From assembly GCA_963719945.1 (NCBI GenBank), contig CAVRDX010000001.1:704001-768000 (forward strand): a DNA stretch of 64,000 nt, given 5' to 3'. The translations under genes were made by a program, and so were the position numbers. The notes under the pieces are model-generated. The model saw only the letters and a list, made by a program, of their open reading frames with translations. It made no database searches and was not told the origin of the DNA. Shown here piece by piece: positions 38,025-47,541 of the stretch; the first letter of the stretch is position 1, and each line of letters opens with the position of its first letter. The stretch comes from an uncultured Thermoplasmata archaeon. GTDB taxonomy: Archaea > Thermoplasmatota > Thermoplasmata > UBA10834.

Positions 38025-38648
38025 ATGGCCCTCGACCTGCTAATCGTGTTCATACCGATGTTCATCGTCATAGACCCATTCGGGGTCATTCCAATCTATC
38101 TGGCATTGACGAGGAGCATGGGTGCTGCCGCGAGAGCCAAGACTCTGAAATTTGCCATGGTATTCTCCACTTCGCTTCTGGTGGCCTTCGCTCTTCTCGG
38201 AAACGCAATACTCGATTATCTTTCCGTTTCCATAGATGCTCTCAGGATAGCCGGCGGACTTCTATTGCTGGTGATCGGTGTCATGATGCTGTATGAAGGA
38301 GACACCCCCCGGTCGAGGAGAAAGGGTGCAGAGGAGGCGGACGATTCACCACATGCACCAGAGGATGTCGCATTCGTGCCCCTCGGGACGCCCATGCTCG
38401 CAGGCCCGGGCGCCATTTCAGTTGTCATAACGCTGACAGGGACTACGCACATGCCCAACGTCATAATCGCCCTGCTCGCAGTCATGGCAATCATCGCGCT
38501 CATGCTGTGGAAGGTCGACCTCGTCTTCAAACTCATAGGGAACGCAGGCACGAGGGCTTTGACGAGGGTGATGGGTCTCATCACCTCCGCATACGCGGTG
38601 CAGATGATCCTTGACGGCATAACTGGGTACGCGGCATCAATCGCATAG
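38025..38648 (+). CDS. MarC family membrane protein
   Basis: IDPFG, AFVPLGTPMLAGPGAI, TRVMGLI. Confidence 0.92.
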   Translation: MALDLLIVFIPMFIVIDPFGVIPIYLALTRSMGAAARAKTLKFAMVFSTSLLVAFALLGNAILDYLSVSIDALRIAGGLLLLVIGVMMLYEGDTPRSRRKGAEEADDSPHAPEDVAFVPLGTPMLAGPGAISVVITLTGTTHMPNVIIALLAVMAIIALMLWKVDLVFKLIGNAGTRALTRVMGLITSAYAVQMILDGITGYAASIA

Positions 38649-38827
38649 TCTATCGAAGACCAACCTCAGACATCTGGATTGCGAATTTCCGACGGGCATA
38701 AAAGGTCCTGTCCCGATTTTAAGAACGGTTCGAATAGAAGATGCAGAAGTCGATCTCCAGCAGAGATCGAGCGGAGAGAATATCTATTCATGCGAACTGT
38801 ACGAAGCGGCCTGGATAGGTTCATCCA

Positions 38828-39739
38828 TCAAGTATGCACGACAGGAGATTTGTCATGGTCGCCTCCGCTCGAAGATACGAGATAGATCGATGCTAGCACC
38901 AGCGTGGCACCTATGATCGCCATCTCCATGAGGCTCTCATGGAGCAGAGTGAATGATATCAACAGAGCCGTGACGACCTCTAGAAGCATTATGGTGGCTG
39001 ACGACGTCGCAGATACCCCTTCGAGTCCCATAGCCCACAGCAAAGTAGCGACCGAAGTGCACGCTATGCCCAGATATATTATTGCAGCCCATGCGTTCGG
39101 CTCGATCGTGAAATCCGCACCGGTCCCCGCAAGGTACGCCAAAGGAAACACTAGCCATATCGTTGATGTAGTGATGGCTGCAGTGGATATCTCGATCGCC
39201 GAGTACCTTGAGAGCATCTTCTTGTTGAAGACGATGAAGAATGCCCATCCCCAACCTGCCAGAAATACCAGCATGTCGCCAAAGAACTCACTGCTAGTGA
39301 ATGACAGGCCACCCTCAGAAGTGAGGAAGATTATGCCGATCATACCTGTCAAGATACCCACGATCTGGATCTTGTTCAACCGCTCCCTGAAAACGTAGAA
39401 CGAGACTATCGCGACAGCGATGACATTGATATCCACCAGAAGCACGGTCTTGGAAGCGGTGGTCATTGTCAAGCCGACATATTGCGCCACGAACGCTCCA
39501 GCGTTGAACGCACCGATCAACCATATCCAGGGATTCCTTAGGACCGAGAATGAGAATCTGCCCATGTAGATGACGATAGCGAGTGTCACGACTGAGGCGA
39601 ATAGGAACCTCAGCCAGAGGAAAAGGACATCGTTCCCGACATAGGATAGACCCCACTTCACGCCAGGAAATGACGTGCCCCAGAGCAAGCTGGCAAGAAC
39701 GGTCAGGATTACCGCGCTGCGTCTGTCTCTGATAGGCAT
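38828..39739 (-). CDS. DMT/EamA family transporter
   Basis: LLWGTSF, LRF, two EamA repeats, about 10 TM helices. Confidence 0.9.
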   Translation of the reverse strand: MPIRDRRSAVILTVLASLLWGTSFPGVKWGLSYVGNDVLFLWLRFLFASVVTLAIVIYMGRFSFSVLRNPWIWLIGAFNAGAFVAQYVGLTMTTASKTVLLVDINVIAVAIVSFYVFRERLNKIQIVGILTGMIGIIFLTSEGGLSFTSSEFFGDMLVFLAGWGWAFFIVFNKKMLSRYSAIEISTAAITTSTIWLVFPLAYLAGTGADFTIEPNAWAAIIYLGIACTSVATLLWAMGLEGVSATSSATIMLLEVVTALLISFTLLHESLMEMAIIGATLVLASIYLVSSSGGDHDKSPVVHT

Positions 39740-39776
39740 GCACAATCGAGATTGCTAGGGACTATTAGAACCCTAC

Positions 39777-41435
39777 TCATGACTTCTGCGATTCCTTGGG
39801 AAGGTCGACATGGAATACACTCCCTTTGCCAACTTGACTCTCGACCCAAAGCCTTCCGCCATGTGCCTCTACTATGCCCTTCGAGATCGGAAGGCTAAGA
39901 CCGATCCTGTCGACCTGATGAGCTAGGTCATCCTTGGCGACTATGTAGAATCTGTCGAATATCTTTCCCAGATTCTCCAACGGTATGCCGATCCCGTTGT
40001 CCTTGACCCACACATGGACGAGCTTCCCCTCGTCCCTTGCACCTACCTGTATCTTCCCGCCATCCTCGGTGTACTTGATGGCGTTGTCCACCAGATTGTT
40101 GAAGACATCCCTTATGCGTCTTCTGTCAGCCATTATGAGAGGCATTGGGCCGTCCACGGCCAATGTGAGAGTCTGTCTCTTGTTCTCTGCTTCCTTGGTC
40201 CTATCCTTGATCAAGTCCTCAAGGACAGTATCAATCTTCAACGGTTCCGAATGTATCTGTAGACTGCCCTTTTCGAGTCTGCTGATATCCAGCATGCTTT
40301 CGACCAAGGCGTATAGCTTGTCGGTGTTGGCCTTTATGATTTTGAGCCTCTGACCGAACTTCGGATCGAGTTTGGGTGTGTACTCGGATTCGACCAGGTC
40401 GACATATCCTCGCATGACCGTAAGTGGGGTCCTGAGCTCATGGCTCACGACATCTATGAACTGGCTCTTCATTTGGTTCACTCGCTCCAGTTCCTGGTAG
40501 GTCTGAGTCAGCTTCTCGTACGATCTCTCAAGCTGGCTCTCCAGCCGAACCTTCGAGGTGGTGTCCAAGGCGACTAGAACGACCCCTTCCACAACCCTTC
40601 GTTCCGACATGATCGGAGTGGTCTTCACATGGAGATATGATGCCCGGTCAGGGGATGAGACATAGTGCACATCTGTCCTCTCGGCCCCGTGACCTTCCAT
40701 ACACTGCATTATCAACGCGTCGAGGCCGGATTTGTTTATCGCTGGTATCTCGAATATGCTCGTCCCTATGACCTCATCCTCGCTGTCCTTGTCAAGGAGC
40801 TTCATTATCTGCATGTTGGCAGCCCTCACGATTCCCCGAGGATCCATAGACATGATACCGATCGGAGCCATGGAGAGTACCTTCTCGGTCTCCTCGCGGC
40901 TCTTCTTCATGAGGAACTCGATTCTGACATTGTTAACGACAAGCGCGATATAGTCAGACAACCAGACCATCATGCGCTCGGCGTCCGGTCCGAATTGTTC
41001 ACGGCCGGAAACTCGTCCAATGAACAGGTGTGCGATAACAGTTCCGCGCAATACGATCGAGCTCAGCAACCCATGCGCGATCCCGAAAGACCCTGCGATC
41101 CCACGGACCGATTCTGGTATGTCATCAATCGTCACAAATCTGATCGTCCTCGAAGCATCTGCGCCGGAGAATGAAGCCTTGACTTGAGTTTCCACAGGGA
41201 ACCGCTTCATCGATATCGGGGCAAAGTCACCTTTCCCAACGATACCGGTCAGTCTGAGAAAATCGCCCTTTTCCTCGAGGAGTGCCATCGCCACGTAATC
41301 CGCATCGGTCAATTCCTTTATACTCTCAGAGACTGAAGAGAATGCGACTTCGGCATCCTTTGCGGATCTCAGCTGGGCATTGATCCGCTCGACGACATCC
41401 AGTAGAAGCAATCTCAGTTGAGGATCTTCCAGCAA
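39777..41435 (-). CDS. Cytoplasmic sensor histidine kinase (GAF-PAS-HisKA-HATPase)
   Basis: SHELRTPL, NLVDNAIKY, DNGIGI, IFDRFY, HGG. Confidence 0.92.
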   Translation of the reverse strand: MLEDPQLRLLLLDVVERINAQLRSAKDAEVAFSSVSESIKELTDADYVAMALLEEKGDFLRLTGIVGKGDFAPISMKRFPVETQVKASFSGADASRTIRFVTIDDIPESVRGIAGSFGIAHGLLSSIVLRGTVIAHLFIGRVSGREQFGPDAERMMVWLSDYIALVVNNVRIEFLMKKSREETEKVLSMAPIGIMSMDPRGIVRAANMQIMKLLDKDSEDEVIGTSIFEIPAINKSGLDALIMQCMEGHGAERTDVHYVSSPDRASYLHVKTTPIMSERRVVEGVVLVALDTTSKVRLESQLERSYEKLTQTYQELERVNQMKSQFIDVVSHELRTPLTVMRGYVDLVESEYTPKLDPKFGQRLKIIKANTDKLYALVESMLDISRLEKGSLQIHSEPLKIDTVLEDLIKDRTKEAENKRQTLTLAVDGPMPLIMADRRRIRDVFNNLVDNAIKYTEDGGKIQVGARDEGKLVHVWVKDNGIGIPLENLGKIFDRFYIVAKDDLAHQVDRIGLSLPISKGIVEAHGGRLWVESQVGKGSVFHVDLPKESQKS

Positions 41436-41591
41436 AACTCCGGACCTCCAAGGGAAATGTACAAATTACGTACGGGGGAGCACGTTCCTTCGCGATAACT
41501 GCATTCTCGATAGATAAGATGTTCGTAGAATTCCATTCTGAATATCAACGATGAAGCTAATATAATGAGTATCTAGCCTCATTACGGAGGC

Positions 41592-42113
41592 ATGACGATT
41601 CGGAGCATCGGCGGCAGGACCCCCAGAATCTCAGATCACGTGTTCATAGACGAATCTGCAGTGATCATTGGGGACGTGGAACTGTCGGAAAGGTGCAGCG
41701 TCTGGCCAGGAGCCGTCATCAGGGCAGATGACGACCGCATGAGCATCGGTGAGGGCAGCGCGATAATGGACATGGCATTTGCAGAAGCCCCAAAGGGCAG
41801 ACCTGTGACGATAGGACCGGGGTGTATAATCTCTCACGGCGCTCGGTTGCACGGATGCGTTCTGAAAGAATCGATCCTGGTTGGCATCGGCGCGATCGTG
41901 CTGGATGGCGTGAGTATCGGGAAGGGATCGATAATCGCCGCAGGCACAGTGCTTGCCCCTGGCACGAATGTGCTGGAAAACACGATGATGGTGGGAGTTC
42001 CTGGAAGGGTGCTTAGAAACACCACAGAGGAGGAACGCCAGGCGATTCACGCAGAAGTCAGAAAGGTGCAGGAGAAGGCGCTTCGATATGAGACGGAACT
42101 TGCATCTCGATGA
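41592..42113 (+). CDS. Gamma carbonic anhydrase-like hexapeptide-repeat protein
   Basis: IIGDV, IRADD, HGARLHGC, GVPGR. Confidence 0.88.
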   Translation: MTIRSIGGRTPRISDHVFIDESAVIIGDVELSERCSVWPGAVIRADDDRMSIGEGSAIMDMAFAEAPKGRPVTIGPGCIISHGARLHGCVLKESILVGIGAIVLDGVSIGKGSIIAAGTVLAPGTNVLENTMMVGVPGRVLRNTTEEERQAIHAEVRKVQEKALRYETELASR

Positions 42114-42262
42114 TTGCCGTAACAACTTGCACTGATTCGAGTACAAGGATGATGTGAAATCATCACTCCATTTAAATAGTTCGAACATTATTGATTCTTG
42201 CCTAAGGAACCCCTGCAGTGGTGTGAAGTGGAGGAATAAGTCAAGGCAAGAGGTGCACTAGA

Positions 42263-42361
42263 TTGGAGGTTCATTTCGGAAAACCCGTTGTTGCACGCGT
42301 CAGGAAATGCCGCACTGTTGTTGTCAAGAACAAGCGGCAGCCTGAGAACGACAAGAAGTAG
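42263..42361 (+). CDS. Unannotated 32 aa basic microprotein
   Basis: TTTAAATA upstream, GAGGTG 7 nt before TTG; MEVHFGKPVVARVRKCRTVVVKNKRQPENDKK. Confidence 0.5.
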   Translation: MEVHFGKPVVARVRKCRTVVVKNKRQPENDKK

Positions 42362-42373
42362 ATACTTCTTGTC
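42350..42373 (+). terminator. Perfect inverted repeat at the microprotein stop
   Basis: GACAAGAAGTA-GA-TACTTCTTGTC. Confidence 0.55.
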
Positions 42374-42510
42374 ATGGCAGTCAATCCATCGTTTCTATAG
42401 CAGTGGACATGATCAATTCGCGGGCGCGTGGCGCATGCGCCCACATTTATATGCGGCACCCGAAAATTATATACGGTCAGGAAGACGATATCTTGTCGGA
42501 AGGGATATAA

Positions 42511-42879
42511 ATGGCCTCTGGACAAATACCAGGCCCTCAGCCGCAGGGCCCATATCCGGGATATATGCCAGTCTATCAACCTGTGCAGAAACCGACCATA
42601 GAATACATGAGACCAATGGTCTCAGACGCAATGCTGACAATAATCTCAGTGTTGGGACTATTCCTCATGATGCTGGGATGGGTGATCTGGGGAGCCTCGA
42701 ACGACAACACAGTCGAGGACCTTGGACAATACCTCAAAGCATTCGGGATGTTCATACTGACTGCAGCAATGATGGTTGGCGGGCTGCTGAGAGTCGACAT
42801 GGACAAGTGGGTCAGGGCGGTCCTGATCTTCGGCGCAGTCCTGCTCATATCATGGGTAGGCTTCTGGTTCACCTTCTAG
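42511..42879 (+). CDS. Three-TM protein with Pro/Gln/Tyr-rich N-terminus
   Basis: PGPQPQGPYPGY then three hydrophobic helices. Confidence 0.8.
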   Translation: MASGQIPGPQPQGPYPGYMPVYQPVQKPTIEYMRPMVSDAMLTIISVLGLFLMMLGWVIWGASNDNTVEDLGQYLKAFGMFILTAAMMVGGLLRVDMDKWVRAVLIFGAVLLISWVGFWFTF

Positions 42880-42901
42880 GCACCAGAGTCCCGAAAACTC
42901 C

Positions 42902-43216
42902 TCAAACCCCATTATTTTTGATATCATGCGTCAATCGATCTTCGACGGACCGCATCTTGCTCTCTATTGTACCGGTTCGACCTCGCCTGTCATCGATCTT
43001 TATTGTGGTGATGACGCGTGTGCAATCTGCAGTCACGGATTTGTGACAACTGCGTATTACGGACATGACCTCGTCATATTCACCCTCGATTACCGTCCCC
43101 ATAGGGTTAAGCTTGAACGGGAGGTCTGAACCTTTGACTATGTCAATGCATCTGGCGACATATTCCCCAACGCTCTCTCCTTTGCCCAAGGGCACAACAC
43201 TGAATTCCACAAGCAT
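42902..43216 (-). CDS. MTH1187/YkoF thiamine-binding family protein
   Basis: EFSVVPLG, LNPMGTVIEG, IKIDDR. Confidence 0.9.
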   Translation of the reverse strand: MLVEFSVVPLGKGESVGEYVARCIDIVKGSDLPFKLNPMGTVIEGEYDEVMSVIRSCHKSVTADCTRVITTIKIDDRRGRTGTIESKMRSVEDRLTHDIKNNGV

Positions 43217-43449
43217 GATCACATCTCCGCACAGATATGTTCATTCATCAGAATGGCAATCATACTAGAAAGTACGATGTTCGCCGCATCCTTATCGTTG
43301 AACACGAACATATTTATACGGGCGGCCGCTAAATGAATATTCTGTTTGCACAGGGGTCGCGTCATTCTCGGTTGCAAGGTTGGTTTGTTATGAAGGGAAG
43401 AGGGGAGAATCTGAATATTCTTACCAAGCTGAAGAAGTCTGATGATGAA

Positions 43450-43833
43450 TTGGCTGCGACAACGCTTACCGTTGAGCATCTGACGAAGGCGATCAAGAAC
43501 AGCATCGACAAGTCCGGAATGCCAGAGGAAGAGGCGAGGGCTATGGCCCAGCATGTGATGAACTTCTTCGGGTACAGCGAGCGGATAATCGACAATGTGC
43601 TGGAGCCCGAAGACAGGGACGCATTCTACATGCTTGAAGACGCAGGGATACTCGTCACCGAGCGTGAGGAGACGACGCTCTACGACGGCAGGGAGTGGAG
43701 GATCCACTACTGGATGTTCCGCAAGGACCGTATACAGGAGCTCATATCCGGCCGCGCAAGGGGTCTGGGTGCACTGGTCGAAGACGGCAATGTATATGAC
43801 GAGATACCAGATGATATCTGGAGTAGAGAATAG
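43450..43833 (+). CDS. DUF6015-like winged-helix protein
   Basis: FFGYSERIIDNVLEPEDRDAFYMLEDAGIL..EREETTLYDGREWRIHYW; start at TTG 43450 or ATG 43390. Confidence 0.75.
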   Translation: MAATTLTVEHLTKAIKNSIDKSGMPEEEARAMAQHVMNFFGYSERIIDNVLEPEDRDAFYMLEDAGILVTEREETTLYDGREWRIHYWMFRKDRIQELISGRARGLGALVEDGNVYDEIPDDIWSRE

Positions 43834-43889
43834 GCGGGGAGTCTACTTTCAGGGTACCTAGGGAAAGCGATTAGTGGTACTCAGCGTTC

Positions 43890-45800
43890 ATGAGGTACTG
43901 GATGGATTACTCACAGTTCCCATACCAGCCCCGGCCAGGTCAGGAGCGGCTGATGCAAGCGGTGACCTTGGCCTGCGAGAACAGATGCCACACCGTCATC
44001 GAGAGTGGCACAGGGACTGGCAAGACCGTATGCACCCTCACGGCTGCACTCGAGTTCTCCAGGTCGAGAGGGAAGAAGATCCTCTACCTTACACGGACAA
44101 ATTCTCAGCAGAGACAGGTCATGACAGAGCTCAGGCAGCTCTCCATGAAGGCGAAGGTCTTTGGAGTCGCTCTTCAGGGTAGAAGGAACATGTGCCCGCT
44201 CGCATGCACGGATGAGGAACTCGTCCATGGCAATCCAGAGGAGCTCTCCAAGGTATGCAGCGAACGAAAGGCGCGCGTTCTCAAGGGGGATGAGGATGCC
44301 TGCAAATTCTATGCCGCAACGATCTCCCAGGACCTACAGCCCGTCCTAAGGTTCTCCAAGGATGAACTGCCGACAGCTGAGGAGTTTACCGACTACTGCA
44401 TCGAGAGGGATCTGTGCCCCTACGAAATATGCAAGATACACCTGCCAAATGCGGATGTCGTCGCGGCGCCGTACATAATGTTCTTCGACAGATTCATCAA
44501 GCACGCGCTTCTCGACTGGATGGCATGCTCACCTTCGGATCTCGTCGTCATAATTGATGAAGCCCATAACCTGCCGTCCTACGCAAGGGAGCTGGAATCC
44601 GCTGAACTCTCATCGATAGGCTTGCGCATGGCGAACAGGGAGGTAGAGGAGTTCGGTGACCCTGAGGTCGCCGAGGGAACGAGTCTCGGAGACTTCATAG
44701 GGATCCTGGAGGACATCCTCGATGCCGCCGTGCAGGAATACCTGATAGACGATGACGGGATAATCCCGCAGTCATTCGTCGAAGAGGAGCTGATGTTCAG
44801 GACCCATATGACGAGCAGAGGCCTGAAATCGCTCCTGTCGCAGACGACCAACTACGGCGAGATGGTAAGGGACAACAAGAAACTCTCCGGAAGGCTCCCC
44901 AGGTCATATGTCTTCGGCACTTCCAATTTCCTCACATTCTGGCACCTGCTGGAAGAGAGCCAATATATCAAGCTCGTATCCGAGCATGAAGCCAAGGCCA
45001 TCGAAGCGTATTGTCTTGATTCATCGATCGCATGCAAACCGCTCATGGAGTGCCATACCAGCGTGCACATGTCAGGCACCCTCAAACCCCTAGATGAATA
45101 CAAGGAGTCGATAGGCCTCCCGAACGATTCGAGGGCTGTCGATATACCGTCGCCCTTCCCACCTCAGAACAGATTGATTCTGTATTCCGACGAGGTCTCG
45201 ACCAAGCATGACGACATAAGCCGGGACGAGACGATGGTCGACAGGATCGCAGACCACATATCGGCGATGCTAAGAGGAATCCAGAGGAGCGCGATCGTGT
45301 TCTATCCATCATATGCACTCATGGAGAAGATATCTTCGAGGACGGCAGACGCTATGAACGGCAGGAAGGTGTTCTTCGAGACCAGGAAGATGGACCAGGC
45401 AGGCCTGATGGACATCGTTCGCGGGTTCAAGCATGCTTCTGGAAATGCCGTGATGCACGCGATCGCTGGCGGGAGGATAAGCGAGGGCTTGGACTTCCCT
45501 GGCGCTGAGATGGAATTGGCGATCATCGCGGGGGTACCCTACCCCAAACCGACCGCCAAGCAGAGAGCGCTCCAGCACTTCTGCGAAATCAGATTCGGAA
45601 AGGGCTGGGAGCACGCAGTCCAGGCGCCAACATGCAGAAAGCTCGAGCAGGCGATCGGCAGACTGATACGTAGCGAGACCGACCGCGGTGTCGCCGTTGT
45701 ACTCGACAAGAGGATGATCCACTTCAGGGAAGTCATCGAAGCTAAGAAGACCGAGGACCCGCTGGCCGACGTTCTCAAGTTCTTCGAAAGTTCGACATGA
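43890..45800 (+). CDS. xpd: XPD/Rad3-like Fe-S DNA helicase
   Basis: RPGQ, SGTGTGKT, Fe-S Cys (MCP, CPYE), IDEAHNL, SGTL, SEGLDF, QAIGRLIR. Confidence 0.92.
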   Translation: MRYWMDYSQFPYQPRPGQERLMQAVTLACENRCHTVIESGTGTGKTVCTLTAALEFSRSRGKKILYLTRTNSQQRQVMTELRQLSMKAKVFGVALQGRRNMCPLACTDEELVHGNPEELSKVCSERKARVLKGDEDACKFYAATISQDLQPVLRFSKDELPTAEEFTDYCIERDLCPYEICKIHLPNADVVAAPYIMFFDRFIKHALLDWMACSPSDLVVIIDEAHNLPSYARELESAELSSIGLRMANREVEEFGDPEVAEGTSLGDFIGILEDILDAAVQEYLIDDDGIIPQSFVEEELMFRTHMTSRGLKSLLSQTTNYGEMVRDNKKLSGRLPRSYVFGTSNFLTFWHLLEESQYIKLVSEHEAKAIEAYCLDSSIACKPLMECHTSVHMSGTLKPLDEYKESIGLPNDSRAVDIPSPFPPQNRLILYSDEVSTKHDDISRDETMVDRIADHISAMLRGIQRSAIVFYPSYALMEKISSRTADAMNGRKVFFETRKMDQAGLMDIVRGFKHASGNAVMHAIAGGRISEGLDFPGAEMELAIIAGVPYPKPTAKQRALQHFCEIRFGKGWEHAVQAPTCRKLEQAIGRLIRSETDRGVAVVLDKRMIHFREVIEAKKTEDPLADVLKFFESST

Positions 45801-45904
45801 ATGCCCGATTGTGACGTATCCTCACCAGCCATTCGTCTGATGGTGCAAATCAGCCTAGTCCACCCGTGTCCATTAATAAACCCCTCTACCATATGCCCTC
45901 CCGC

Positions 45905-46468
45905 ATGTCTCCTTTGGAGTATGCGCTGGCGGGCCTCCTGCTTATGCTCCCTGCGCTCGTGCCGAACTCGGCAGCCGTGCTGTTCGGGGGTGGCAGACCG
46001 ATTGATTTTGGGAAATCCTGGAGAGGCAAGAGACTCCTCGGTGATGGAAAGACCTGGAGAGGGTTCTTTGGTGGCGTGATCACTGGTTTCGCAGTGGGAA
46101 TGGTAGTGGTCGCATGGACCCTGACGGTCGACCGCCAGGACGTATGGGGATATGGCGACCTGCCGTGGGCAGCCGTGATCGTGGCTGCGCTGAGTTTCGG
46201 ATCCATGATCGGAGACAGCTGCGGGTCGTTCCTCAAGAGACGATTGGGTGTTGGCAGAGGCGGCAAGGCCCCGATCCTGGACCAATACAACTTCGTCATC
46301 GGCGCCATCATCTTGGTCCTGCTGGTGCGACCAAGCTGGTTCATGGCACACTACATCGAAGGCGATTGTATCTGGGGATTGGTGGCATTCTTTATCGCCG
46401 TACCAGTGATGCACAGGACGGCAAACATAATAGGTTATAAGATTGGCAAGAAGAATGTTCCGTGGTGA
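45905..46468 (+). CDS. carS: CDP-archaeol synthase
   Basis: PNSAAVLFGGG.PIDFG, LGDGKTWRG, GD..GSFLKRRLG, DQ. Confidence 0.92.
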   Translation: MSPLEYALAGLLLMLPALVPNSAAVLFGGGRPIDFGKSWRGKRLLGDGKTWRGFFGGVITGFAVGMVVVAWTLTVDRQDVWGYGDLPWAAVIVAALSFGSMIGDSCGSFLKRRLGVGRGGKAPILDQYNFVIGAIILVLLVRPSWFMAHYIEGDCIWGLVAFFIAVPVMHRTANIIGYKIGKKNVPW

Positions 46469-46480
46469 AGGTGGAAGAAA

Positions 46481-46981
46481 ATGCTGAAAAAGATGCTTGT
46501 GGAAATGAAGGTCGTGCAGACAGGGGATTTCGTGCTCGCATCAGGCAAGAAGAGCAACTTCTTCGTCAACATCAAGAAGGCTAGCACGGACCCGAAGGTG
46601 CTTCGCGAGATTGGAAGGGAGATGGCGCCTCATATCGGGGACGCAAAGATCGCGGGCATGGCTCTGGGGGCGGTTCCGATAGCTGTCGCGGTTGCTCTGG
46701 AGACCGACCAGCCGTATGTCATGGTCAGGAAGGAGGCGAAGGACCATGGAACCAAAGAGCTTATAGAAGGAGAGGTGAACAGCGGGGATACCTTCGTCGT
46801 CGTCGAGGACGTCGCCACCACCGGAGGGTCCACCATGAAGGTCGTGAATGCCCTCAGAGATAAGGGCGCGACAGTCAAGAAGGCGATCGTGGTTGTCGAC
46901 AGGGAGGAGGGCGCCACCGAAATGCTATCCCAACAAGGCATCACCCTGATATCGATATTCAAAGCAAAGGACCTCGTATGA
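46481..46981 (+). CDS. pyrE: Orotate phosphoribosyltransferase
   Basis: FVLASGK, RKEAKDHGT, VEDVATTGGS. Confidence 0.95.
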   Translation: MLKKMLVEMKVVQTGDFVLASGKKSNFFVNIKKASTDPKVLREIGREMAPHIGDAKIAGMALGAVPIAVAVALETDQPYVMVRKEAKDHGTKELIEGEVNSGDTFVVVEDVATTGGSTMKVVNALRDKGATVKKAIVVVDREEGATEMLSQQGITLISIFKAKDLV

Positions 46982-47535
46982 TCCGAGATGCCATAGACCC
47001 TGGATGCAAGAGATGCCGTCTTCATCTGGGACGGACACAGGTGGTAACGGGGACAGGGTCTCCGTCCTCAAGATTGGTTTTCATAGGAGAAGCCCCAGGC
47101 AGGGACGAGGATCTGAAAGGGGAACCGTTCGTGGGGCGTGCTGGAATGGTGCTCAACTCCGCACTGGTGTCCGCGGGCGTCACAAGAGATGACGTCTATA
47201 TCACCAACCTCGTGAAATGCAGACCTCCCGACAACAGGAAGCCTAGAAAGGACGAGGTCGAAGCTTGTTCAATACATCTGGCGGCGGAATTCTCACACTT
47301 GAAGCCATCCGTAGTCTGCCTGCTCGGACAGTCCGTGGCCAAGGGTATTCTGGACGAGGACAGGAGCATGGCTGAGCTTGCAGGGACCGAGAGGACCGTG
47401 ACCCTCTGGGGACACGATGTACGGGCATTCATATCATATCATCCTGCGGCGTGTCTTTATACGAGGGAGAACGTCGATAAGTTCGACGAGACCATCAGGA
47501 TATGTGTCGAAGCTGCTGGTCTCTCTCGAAGGTAG
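46978..47535 (+). CDS. Uracil-DNA glycosylase family 4
   Basis: CKRC, GEAPG..ED..G.PFVG, KCRPP.NR, YHPAA. Confidence 0.93.
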   Translation: MIRDAIDPGCKRCRLHLGRTQVVTGTGSPSSRLVFIGEAPGRDEDLKGEPFVGRAGMVLNSALVSAGVTRDDVYITNLVKCRPPDNRKPRKDEVEACSIHLAAEFSHLKPSVVCLLGQSVAKGILDEDRSMAELAGTERTVTLWGHDVRAFISYHPAACLYTRENVDKFDETIRICVEAAGLSRR

Positions 47536-47541
47536 GGCAAG

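Noticed and set aside
38649-38827. Gap between convergent marC and EamA genes with a 68 aa ORF
   Set aside because: The ORF overlaps the EamA gene end, and no expression signals or convincing structure were seen
42288-43046. 252 aa ORF spanning the gap and two genes
   Set aside because: Overlaps better-supported ORFs in other frames; composition is not protein-like
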